Notes under the pieces: model-generated
What the model was told of the DNA's origin: nothing
Database searches by the model: none
The model's input: only the letters and a program-made list of their open reading frames with translations
Shown here: positions 19,222-27,067 of the stretch, piece after piece
Layout: every line of letters starts with the position of its first letter
Numbering within the stretch: position 1 is the stretch's first letter
NCBI GenBank assembly: GCA_021782355.1
Contig: JAJXUZ010000002.1
Location: 1-39,256, forward strand
DNA from: Candidatus Micrarchaeota archaeon
Lineage (GTDB): Archaea > Micrarchaeota > Micrarchaeia > Norongarragalinales > UBA97
Length of the DNA stretch: 39,256 bases
Direction: 5' to 3'
Made by a program: the position numbers and the translations under genes

Positions 19222-22200
19222 ATGATTTATCACATTAAATTTCTAAATAATTTAAAATTATTTTTACTTTTTTTTGTATTGTTTTTTGCAAGTGCCAGTG
19301 CACTTTTTATTAGTCAAAACGCAAGTAATGTATTTTCAAATGGAGCATTTAATTTAACAACTACAAATTATTCTCAAAGTGTTTATGCTCTTTATAATTC
19401 CACTTCATTGACTTACGATGGAAATGGAACTTATTACGGTCCAATGGTGAATTTGTATAATTATACTGGGATGAGCGAGCAGTATTTTCTTAATTCAGTA
19501 TATTGGAATTGGTACGAACCAACTTCTTCATATGTTAATTCAATTACCAATGTAACCTCATTTGTTATAACTCTAAATAATAGTCAAACAACTTCTACTC
19601 CTGCATATTTCCAACAATTATTAACTATCAACAGTTCACAATTTTCAAATTACATAAATGCTAATTGGAGTAATGTTGTATTTTCTACCGGACCACTAGA
19701 TACCGGATTAAACATAACTGCTTGGATTGAATCTGGTAACACGAACACATCTACTTCAACTTATGTTTGGATAGCTGACCCTTATTCAATTGGAGCTTCA
19801 TCAAATCAAACAATTTATATGAACTTTGTAAATTACTCGGTTTTAAGTTCAAACGGACCTACCGGTGAAGCACCCAACCTTTCTCCTTCTTATGGCCAGT
19901 ATGATGATGGAGCTTTAATTTTCTTAAATTACTTTAATTTTAACGGAACCACCATACCTTCTGGAGTATCAGTTGCTTCAGATGCATCAAACGGCACAAT
20001 AGTTTTTAATAATTCAGCAAAAGTTGAAGCAAATAATACCGATGGAACTAACGGAGAATTTCTTTTCATAAATAATACTTATTCTCCTTCTTCTTACATT
20101 ATAGATTCTTTTTTTGAGAATGGAAGTGAAAACACCAACGACAAACTTAATGGATGGGACGAAGTAATTCCAACAAATCAATCAGGTTGGTGGGGTTGGC
20201 CAAAAGGAGTAACTTCTGGTTTTCACAATCAACCCGAAACTGTAACAATATTAAACACTAGTGCAACAACCTATCAAACTTATCAATCTTCAAACGGAGT
20301 AAATCAAGTTATTTCACCTACTGTGGTAAGTACAGATTGGTTCTCACCGACTACCACCTCGGCAATTTTCAATTATTCAATATTTGCAAATTCTTCTACT
20401 GATATTCCTCCAATGATTAATTCTTATCCCGTATTGGGTTATACTAGTAATGGTGCATTTGTTACATTAAGTTGGGCAAGAATGCGTTTAACTCCTCCAA
20501 ATAATGTAATGCCGTTTGTAACCGTATCAACCAATCCAATGAATTCAATTTATGCATCTCTTATTTTGGACTTACCACTTGAAAACGATTTTAGAGATAT
20601 TTCTACCAATAATGTTACTGTAACTCCAAGTTCACCATCTCCTTCATTTCAATCAAATTGTCAAATAGGAAGTTGTGCGACATTTAACGGAGTAAACGAG
20701 TCCCTCTCATTACCTGTTGGTTTTCTGAATAATGATTTACAATTTACTATCTCGATGTGGGTTAAAACCAATTCCTCAGCATTTTCAAATACTCTTGGTG
20801 ATTTTCCAACTTTCTTTGGATTAACTAACGCGGGTTTTGGTACTGGTAGTTTACAATTAGGAATTAACAATAGTTATCTGACAGTTTCAAGTGGATTAAT
20901 GCCCCGCATTAGTTTTTATTATCAAACTAATTCATATCTTGCCGATAATAATTGGCATCAAGTTTTATTTGTTGATAATGGTTCTAATTATAGTTTATAT
21001 TTAGACAATAATCTATCAACCACATTTATTTCAAACATTACCTTTAATTCTAGTACATTTGGTCCATACCTTGGTGCTGATGATAATTTAGGTACTGCTT
21101 CATATTTCTATAATGGTTCAATTGATGAAGTTCATGTTTGGAACCAAGCATTAAATTCAACTGAAATATCTGCACTTTATACGTCTGAAGGTCAAGGTCA
21201 CTTTATTCATAATTTTACTAATGTTACAATTTCTGTAAGGGTAAAACCAGATACGTTTAATGAATCCGGACTTATAGGTTGGTGGGATTTAGGTAATTCA
21301 CTAGCAAATGAAACTGTTTCAAATGAAAGCTTAGATTTAAGCGGTTATAACAATCCATTGTTATTTTATAACTCGCCATCTGTTTCAACAAATGGAATCA
21401 TAGGGAATTCTTTAGAATTCAACGGAACCAATTATTTAGAACCAGAAAAAAACATCAATTTCAATCCATCAATTTCAAACTTTACAATATTGGTATGGGT
21501 TAATCCAAACTCAAGCGGTACTATTCTTTCCAGTCTCGATAATTCGGGCACAGGAGTAACCTATCTTGGAATAGATAATTCGTCTATTTGTGGTGCAGGA
21601 ACAGCGTTTTATACTTCATTAAACGGAACCCCGCTTTGTACTGATTATAACATTACTCCAAATCAATGGTATCAATTAGGTGTTGAAAGAAATGGAAATA
21701 ATATCTTTTTAATTATTAACGGTACGTTTGAGAATATTAGTACTACCACTCCTTCAAGTGATTTAGGTAACTTTATCATTGGTGAAAACAAAACTTTCGG
21801 GCAGGGATTTTCAGGTTATTTAAGCGATTTGATGATTTTTAACCGAAGTCTAAATACTTCATACATCTATCCATTTTATCATAATGGAAATCCAACTAGT
21901 TTGGGTGGTTTAGAATCAAACTGGACAAACTGGACAAAAATAAATTCAGGTCAGAACTTAACCTTAAATGATACTGGATTAGTTCAATATCAAGCTACTT
22001 TTAGAAGTATAAATTCAAATTATTCGGCATTTTTGGATAACGTTTCATTTCAATTTAATTTACTACCTAATCAAACTTATCAAATGCCGATTTATGTTTT
22101 AAATCGTCAATCAACTGCAACAGGTAATAACTATCAACAATTAATTCAATTGAATTTTTCACAATTTACTCCATATCTTAATTCAAATTATGGCAATATC

Positions 22201-24324
22201 CGATTTTGTTTGGATACAAACTGTTCGATTTTATTAAATTCTTGGCTTGAAAATCCCGGTTCAATAAATCAAAACGCAACTATTTGGGTAAATCTTACCG
22301 ATGGTATTAATGGAAATAGTTTTTACCCGATTTACTTTACCATTTTCAATCCGCAATTAAACTTTGATGGTTATTATTGGGGAGAAGCACCCGACTTAAC
22401 CAATCCTTATGGAATTTATGATAATGGTCAAAACGTGTTTGTAAATTATGGCGGAGGCGGAAATAACGTTTGGAATGAATTCTCTTTTGAAGGTGGAAGT
22501 TGGGATTATAATAATGGATATCTGGAGCAAACCTTATCCAGCGGTTCTTATACCGGTGGTCCTGCAGCTTACATCACTTCTACTCAATATGCCGCTAATG
22601 GTAGTTATGTATTGACAGAATCGTTTAATTATAGTGATGCATCAAATGCGAGAGTAGGAATAATTGCTGATGGTACGTATACTGGCAATGATATGTATGC
22701 ATATCGATTTATTGGTGAAACCCACGCAAATTCAAACGGATTTGTAAGTTTTCTTAATGATGAAGTAGCTTGGGTAGCAAATGGAAATTATACCGGTTCT
22801 TCATTAAACACTCCTTATACTCTTAACGTATCAGATAATGGTGGAATTTGGAGTTCTAATCTGTATGCTGGAAGTGATAACGAAACTTCCACTTCAATTG
22901 CCAATTTAACTAATGTTAATTATTCTAGTCCTAACGGGATGTCCGCTACCACTGGTTATGTGGGAATAAGTGCAGCTTATATGGCTAATTCAGTTACTCC
23001 CGTATCTGCAATTCCAATTAATGTAAATTGGTTTTATGTAAGGTTGCTTGCGCCAAATGATACTATGCCTTATCAAGCAGTTAATGTTACTTCATTATCC
23101 ACATCATTAATATCTCCAACTAGTGGCAATGCAAGTGCTTATGGCCAATCTACGAACTTAGTCTTTTCAGTATCTACTCCGGAATTCAACCTAGTCAATG
23201 CATCGCTTTACACAAACTTTACAAATGGTTGGTCAATAAACCAAACAATTTACAATGTGACATTAAATTCAGCTGTTCAAAATCTTAGTTATAATTTCTC
23301 AAACCTTCCTGTTGGCACTTATGTTTGGAACGTATTTGTAAATGATGGCAATTCTTCCACTTGGGCAAATAATGGAAATTATACCTTTACTATAAGTTCC
23401 TCCAATTCAAATTCTACTACTGCTCAAATCAATGGTGTTCCTCAACCACCTTATTGGTATGACCCTTCGTTATACCCACTTTATCCTTCTAATACCCAAG
23501 CACCAGGTGTAGTAACTACTACCACCTTAGTTCCTGTTGCTCCACAAGTTCAAAGTTACACTGGAATAAGCAATATTACTGATTTTGTAAACATTGGATA
23601 CAGTAGAAACTTTAATTATCAATCGTACTTTTCTCCAAATGATACTGGCACACTTAATATTTTAATTTCTGGAAATGGCTCTAAATTAATTGCATTAGAT
23701 AATTCTACTTTGGAAGTAAGTAGTGATGGTGGTTATTCACAAATCAATTACACTATCTTTACGAATAGTCAAACTTTACCCGGTTTATATGTTGCAAACC
23801 TTTCTATTATGAATGTAAAAGGTCGGTTAATTAATTCAATTCCAGTTTACATTGACGTTTTACTTGCTCAACAAAAGTTAATGGATATTTCATTAACTAC
23901 TTTAAGTTCTACTATTAAATCATATTCACCAATTAGCTATTCGCTTGATTTGAAAAATGTCGGACAACAAAGTAAATATGACGTTGATATTCTATTGACT
24001 CTATTAGATTCCAACGGAAATACTGTCCAATCTCAGCAATACACCGTGTCAATGATTAGTGAACTAAATCTTACCAATGAATTTAATATTACAAAAGCAA
24101 TTTCAGATGGAACTTATCAATTAATTGCAAATGCAAGTTATTTCGACCCAGCAACCTCGCAATTCAGATATGCAGAGTCGTCAGTTCAACTTAACAAGCT
24201 AACTCCAAGCAATTTCCTTCTTTCAGAGAATTTTGTAGTTGGTTTGATTATAATCCTTGTAGTGTGTTTAGCAATAGTATTCCGGCCAAAAGACAAAAAA
24301 ATTAAACAGAAACATTTAAATTAG
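19222..24324 (+). CDS. Giant (1700 aa) membrane-anchored surface protein: signal/TM, [DUF2341-like + jelly-roll-like module], 2x LamG (Laminin_G_3-like), a second [DUF2341-like + jelly-roll-like module], Ig-like, CARDB-like, C-terminal TM anchor
   Basis: Uninterrupted 5.1-kb ORF. DUF2341-like stretches are YFQQLLTINSSQFSNYINANWSNVVF...ITAWIES...YVWIAD and NYQQLIQLNFSQFTPYLNSNYGNIRF...NSWLEN...IWVNL. LamG hallmarks are FTISMWVK...WHQVLFV...GSIDEVHVWNQALNSTEISALY and FTILVWVN...WYQLGVE...GYLSDLMIFNRSLN. The C-terminal anchor is FVVGLIIILVVCLAIVF followed by RPKDKKIKQKH. I count about 90 N-x-S/T sequons by hand. An A/T-rich TATA-like element lies about 27 nt upstream and there is no SD, so the mRNA is possibly leaderless. 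Confidence 0.9.
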   Translation: MIYHIKFLNNLKLFLLFFVLFFASASALFISQNASNVFSNGAFNLTTTNYSQSVYALYNSTSLTYDGNGTYYGPMVNLYNYTGMSEQYFLNSVYWNWYEPTSSYVNSITNVTSFVITLNNSQTTSTPAYFQQLLTINSSQFSNYINANWSNVVFSTGPLDTGLNITAWIESGNTNTSTSTYVWIADPYSIGASSNQTIYMNFVNYSVLSSNGPTGEAPNLSPSYGQYDDGALIFLNYFNFNGTTIPSGVSVASDASNGTIVFNNSAKVEANNTDGTNGEFLFINNTYSPSSYIIDSFFENGSENTNDKLNGWDEVIPTNQSGWWGWPKGVTSGFHNQPETVTILNTSATTYQTYQSSNGVNQVISPTVVSTDWFSPTTTSAIFNYSIFANSSTDIPPMINSYPVLGYTSNGAFVTLSWARMRLTPPNNVMPFVTVSTNPMNSIYASLILDLPLENDFRDISTNNVTVTPSSPSPSFQSNCQIGSCATFNGVNESLSLPVGFLNNDLQFTISMWVKTNSSAFSNTLGDFPTFFGLTNAGFGTGSLQLGINNSYLTVSSGLMPRISFYYQTNSYLADNNWHQVLFVDNGSNYSLYLDNNLSTTFISNITFNSSTFGPYLGADDNLGTASYFYNGSIDEVHVWNQALNSTEISALYTSEGQGHFIHNFTNVTISVRVKPDTFNESGLIGWWDLGNSLANETVSNESLDLSGYNNPLLFYNSPSVSTNGIIGNSLEFNGTNYLEPEKNINFNPSISNFTILVWVNPNSSGTILSSLDNSGTGVTYLGIDNSSICGAGTAFYTSLNGTPLCTDYNITPNQWYQLGVERNGNNIFLIINGTFENISTTTPSSDLGNFIIGENKTFGQGFSGYLSDLMIFNRSLNTSYIYPFYHNGNPTSLGGLESNWTNWTKINSGQNLTLNDTGLVQYQATFRSINSNYSAFLDNVSFQFNLLPNQTYQMPIYVLNRQSTATGNNYQQLIQLNFSQFTPYLNSNYGNIRFCLDTNCSILLNSWLENPGSINQNATIWVNLTDGINGNSFYPIYFTIFNPQLNFDGYYWGEAPDLTNPYGIYDNGQNVFVNYGGGGNNVWNEFSFEGGSWDYNNGYLEQTLSSGSYTGGPAAYITSTQYAANGSYVLTESFNYSDASNARVGIIADGTYTGNDMYAYRFIGETHANSNGFVSFLNDEVAWVANGNYTGSSLNTPYTLNVSDNGGIWSSNLYAGSDNETSTSIANLTNVNYSSPNGMSATTGYVGISAAYMANSVTPVSAIPINVNWFYVRLLAPNDTMPYQAVNVTSLSTSLISPTSGNASAYGQSTNLVFSVSTPEFNLVNASLYTNFTNGWSINQTIYNVTLNSAVQNLSYNFSNLPVGTYVWNVFVNDGNSSTWANNGNYTFTISSSNSNSTTAQINGVPQPPYWYDPSLYPLYPSNTQAPGVVTTTTLVPVAPQVQSYTGISNITDFVNIGYSRNFNYQSYFSPNDTGTLNILISGNGSKLIALDNSTLEVSSDGGYSQINYTIFTNSQTLPGLYVANLSIMNVKGRLINSIPVYIDVLLAQQKLMDISLTTLSSTIKSYSPISYSLDLKNVGQQSKYDVDILLTLLDSNGNTVQSQQYTVSMISELNLTNEFNITKAISDGTYQLIANASYFDPATSQFRYAESSVQLNKLTPSNFLLSENFVVGLIIILVVCLAIVFRPKDKKIKQKHLN
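19549..20526 (+). repeat. Protein-level module copy 1 inside the giant ORF (aa ~110-435)
   Basis: Collinear motif matches with copy 2: YFQQLL..SQF..Y.N.N..N..F; GEAPNLSPSYGQYDDGALIFLNY vs GEAPDLTNPYGIYDNGQNVFVNY; WARMRLTPPNNVMP vs WFYVRLLAPNDTMP. Confidence 0.65.
22069..23076 (+). repeat. Protein-level module copy 2 inside the giant ORF (aa ~950-1285)
   Basis: See copy 1. The order of the three anchor motifs and the spacing (about 325-335 aa) are the same. Confidence 0.65.
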
Positions 24325-24399
24325 CAAAAACATTAGTAAAACCTAAACTGTGAACTTATAATAGTAAAACAAACAAATTCATTAGGTGAAATTAAAAAC

Positions 24400-24948
24400 T
24401 TGACAAAATCGTTGCTTAAAATTTCTGCTATTTTGCTTACTGGATTTTTATTATTTGGTTGTTTAGGTTCTTCGTCTTCTACTGGTACAAATAATCAAGT
24501 ATCAAATTCAAATGTCCCAACAACAACTTTATCTGTAATACAAAATACCAATACTTCTTCAAGTAATTCGAGTATTTTTTATTCGAATGTTTTAGTAATC
24601 GATAGCCTTACCCAAGAGCCCGTAATTGGGGCATTGTTAACTTACAATGATTCAGTTTTAGGAACTCAAACAATTTATTCTCAATCTGATGGTTCAGCAA
24701 TTTTACCAATGTCAACTTCAACAGAACAAGTTTCAATTAGTGATTCAGGTTATACCACCCACGTTCAGCAAGTTAGTACATCAAATACTACTATTTTCTT
24801 AACCGAATCATCGTTAAACGACCCATCAATATCCGTTAACGGAAGCAATCAAACTTCAATAAATGATTTAATTGTTGGAAATGATAGTTCGACAAATTAC
24901 TCAAGCGGAGTAAGCGGAATTTCTTCTTCCGACCTTAATACAACTTAA
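24400..24948 (+). CDS. Small lipobox-like secreted protein with a beta-rich CarboxypepD_reg/PEGA-like core
   Basis: Leader MTKSLLKISAILLTGFLLFG-C (lipobox-like). The core VLVIDSLTQEPVIGALLTYNDSVLGTQTIYSQSDGSAILP...ISDSGYTTHVQ resembles carboxypeptidase-regulatory-like folds. The start is TTG with a GGTGA SD about 11 nt upstream. Confidence 0.65.
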   Translation: MTKSLLKISAILLTGFLLFGCLGSSSSTGTNNQVSNSNVPTTTLSVIQNTNTSSSNSSIFYSNVLVIDSLTQEPVIGALLTYNDSVLGTQTIYSQSDGSAILPMSTSTEQVSISDSGYTTHVQQVSTSNTTIFLTESSLNDPSISVNGSNQTSINDLIVGNDSSTNYSSGVSGISSSDLNTT

Positions 24949-24958
24949 GTTTAGAAAT

Positions 24959-26497
24959 TTGGTGATAATGGCGATGAACTTTGATTTTAATAAATTTTCA
25001 ACAATATTTTTAGTTTTTATTCTAAGTGCTTCATTTTTAACCGGGCTTACCAATGCCTTACCAACTTCAAGCAATAATGCTCGAATTAGTTACTTAAATT
25101 GTGTAATCAATTACAATGAGGGCTTGCTTAACACTCTTTCAAAAATCGACCCATCCATAGCCTCAATCAACTCAGCATCATTAAACCAACTTTCAAATGA
25201 CCAGAATCAATTAAACACGCTATTAAATTCAAACGATTCTCAAATTAACTCATTCGTAAAAGGTTCATTACAATCTGATTTACAAAATTCTCGTGGTAAT
25301 TTCAAAAGTTCAATTTCACAATTAAGACAATTATTAATTTCAAAATCATTAAATCGCTCCTTGATGAATATGAGTGTATTAAAATCAGATTATGCAACAT
25401 TAATTCAAAGTAGAAATTCTTGTTTTGCTCAAAGCTATTCTCAAGCAGTATCAGACAGAATCAACTACTATCTACAAGTATTAGTTGCCTATCAGTTAAT
25501 CATATCTAATCACACTAGCCAAACTAACAATTTAACCGCAACAACACTTGACCCAACTTTAATGAACCAAGTAATTTCAGATGCAAATAGTTCAATTGTT
25601 CAACCTATGCAAAATGCATTAACGGCCTTGCAGTCAATGAATTCGACTAATGAAAGTGAATATTATTCGATATTAAACGAATATTCGTTATTTGATTCTG
25701 CAAGTTCATCAAACGAAATGAATTATCATTTTCATTCCAGGTTTATTCTAGCTTATTTACAATCAAGAGCAATTCAATTAACTTCTTTAGCAAATTCAGA
25801 TGGAGTTAGTATGGCTCAATATCAAACTGATTTTGATTCTGCAAATTCTACTTTAAATCAAATAGGTAATTTACAATATTCAAAAGGTCAAGAACAGCAA
25901 TTGTATGAACAATTCAGAACAATTCATTCAGATTTGATAAATGTAAGCACTCAAATATTCTTATCAAGGCATTTAACTACGGTATTAACTCAAAGATATT
26001 CTGATTATTCTGCAATTTTAGCAAACTACTCAGCATTAGTTGCTAAATGGTCAAATACCACTGATTCACTTACAAATTCTACATTAAACGTTTCGGCGTT
26101 AACTGAAGTTCTAAATAATGCAAATCAAACAATTTTAATGCCAATTGAAAACGCAATAGTTTCAAACAATACCCAAAGTATGAAATTAGCCTTACAAGAT
26201 TATTGCTTATATGATTCTTGCCAAGCAAATTCAAGTTCAGTTTACAATTTCCATTTAGCAGCACAATTTGCATTAAATACAGTAAATGCACGATATATGC
26301 AGATTCAATCATTAGCACAAGCGAAAAACGTTAGCGTAAGTAATTATCAAACAGATTATCAATCAACTCAAAGTGAATTAAGCAGTATACTGCCAAATTA
26401 TGATGATGCTCAAACTCAAGCAGTTTTATGGTCAGATATTGGCAAAGTTTCTCACGATGAGTTTCAAATTAGATTGGCTTTGAATAAAGCAGCATAA
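24959..26497 (+). CDS. Secreted, predicted helical N/Q/S-rich protein with an internal tandem duplication; paralog of the 17305-18627 product
   Basis: Signal-like segment FSTIFLVFILSASFLTGLTNA. The probable start is the ATG at 24968 or 24974 rather than the TTG at 24959. It lies 10-25 nt after the preceding gene. No catalytic motif recognised. Confidence 0.8.
   Translation: MVIMAMNFDFNKFSTIFLVFILSASFLTGLTNALPTSSNNARISYLNCVINYNEGLLNTLSKIDPSIASINSASLNQLSNDQNQLNTLLNSNDSQINSFVKGSLQSDLQNSRGNFKSSISQLRQLLISKSLNRSLMNMSVLKSDYATLIQSRNSCFAQSYSQAVSDRINYYLQVLVAYQLIISNHTSQTNNLTATTLDPTLMNQVISDANSSIVQPMQNALTALQSMNSTNESEYYSILNEYSLFDSASSSNEMNYHFHSRFILAYLQSRAIQLTSLANSDGVSMAQYQTDFDSANSTLNQIGNLQYSKGQEQQLYEQFRTIHSDLINVSTQIFLSRHLTTVLTQRYSDYSAILANYSALVAKWSNTTDSLTNSTLNVSALTEVLNNANQTILMPIENAIVSNNTQSMKLALQDYCLYDSCQANSSSVYNFHLAAQFALNTVNARYMQIQSLAQAKNVSVSNYQTDYQSTQSELSSILPNYDDAQTQAVLWSDIGKVSHDEFQIRLALNKAA
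25544..25858 (+). repeat. Internal protein repeat, copy A (aa ~196-300 of the 512-aa protein)
   Basis: TLDPTLMNQVISDANSSIVQPMQNAL...EMNYHFHSRFILAYLQSRAIQLTSLA...VSMAQYQTDFDSANSTLN aligns collinearly with copy B. Confidence 0.7.
26081..26398 (+). repeat. Internal protein repeat, copy B (aa ~375-480 of the 512-aa protein)
   Basis: TLNVSALTEVLNNANQTILMPIENAI...SVYNFHLAAQFALNTVNARYMQIQSLA...VSVSNYQTDYQSTQSELS aligns with copy A. Confidence 0.7.
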
Positions 26498-26644
26498 ATT
26501 CGATTAAATTAATTAAATGCTTTAAAGTTTTAAGAATTCATCTTAGGACATAAACAACATTTAAGCATAAAATTTAGAAAAATCAAAATGTTGCTTTAAT
26601 GCAAACCAATATAAATTAGTCATTAAATAAGTATTCTATCAATT

Positions 26645-26914
26645 TTGCTTTTTTGGGGTATATTTTTGGAGTCTACAATTAACACTTCTTTCCACACACT
26701 CGTTCCCGAGCATCAAATCGCTACTGATAGTGAAGTGAAAACTTTACTTGAAACTTTTAAATGCTCTATTGAACAAATTCCCGTAATTTATTCTACTGAT
26801 CCAGCATTGGCCACACTTAACGCAAGAGTGGGAGATGTAATTAAGATTAATCGAATTAGTCCAATTACTGGAAAACCATCGCCATATTTCCGCGTAGTAA
26901 TTGAAGCACCTTAA
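26645..26914 (+). CDS. rpoH: DNA-directed RNA polymerase subunit H (Rpo5)
   Basis: HTLVPEHQI...PVIYSTDPALATLNARVGDVIKINRISPITG...YFRVV is the RpoH/RPB5 C-domain signature. The ORF contains no in-frame ATG, so the start must be the TTG at 26645 or 26663. Confidence 0.85.
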   Translation: MLFWGIFLESTINTSFHTLVPEHQIATDSEVKTLLETFKCSIEQIPVIYSTDPALATLNARVGDVIKINRISPITGKPSPYFRVVIEAP

Positions 26915-27067
26915 CTGTAATTCTTCTTCGATGAAGAAAATTATTAGAGTCTTTAAAGCTGAAAAATCGCAATATCTGTTCCAATTTTTTTAAATTGGAT
27001 TTAAACTTAATCTGTTTTAAATAGCATGGGAATTTTTTCCGTGTTATAAATAGGGGGTCTGTGCAAA

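Noticed and set aside
16922-26497. Idea that the surface-protein block is a tRNA-targeted integrated element (tRNA-Arg/Pro at its left edge, tRNA-Gln inside)
   Set aside because: I saw no integrase, transposase, excisionase or viral or plasmid gene, and no direct repeat of a tRNA 3' half at the far end near 26.5 kb. Composition looks like the rest of the window. It is better treated as a chromosomal accessory locus.
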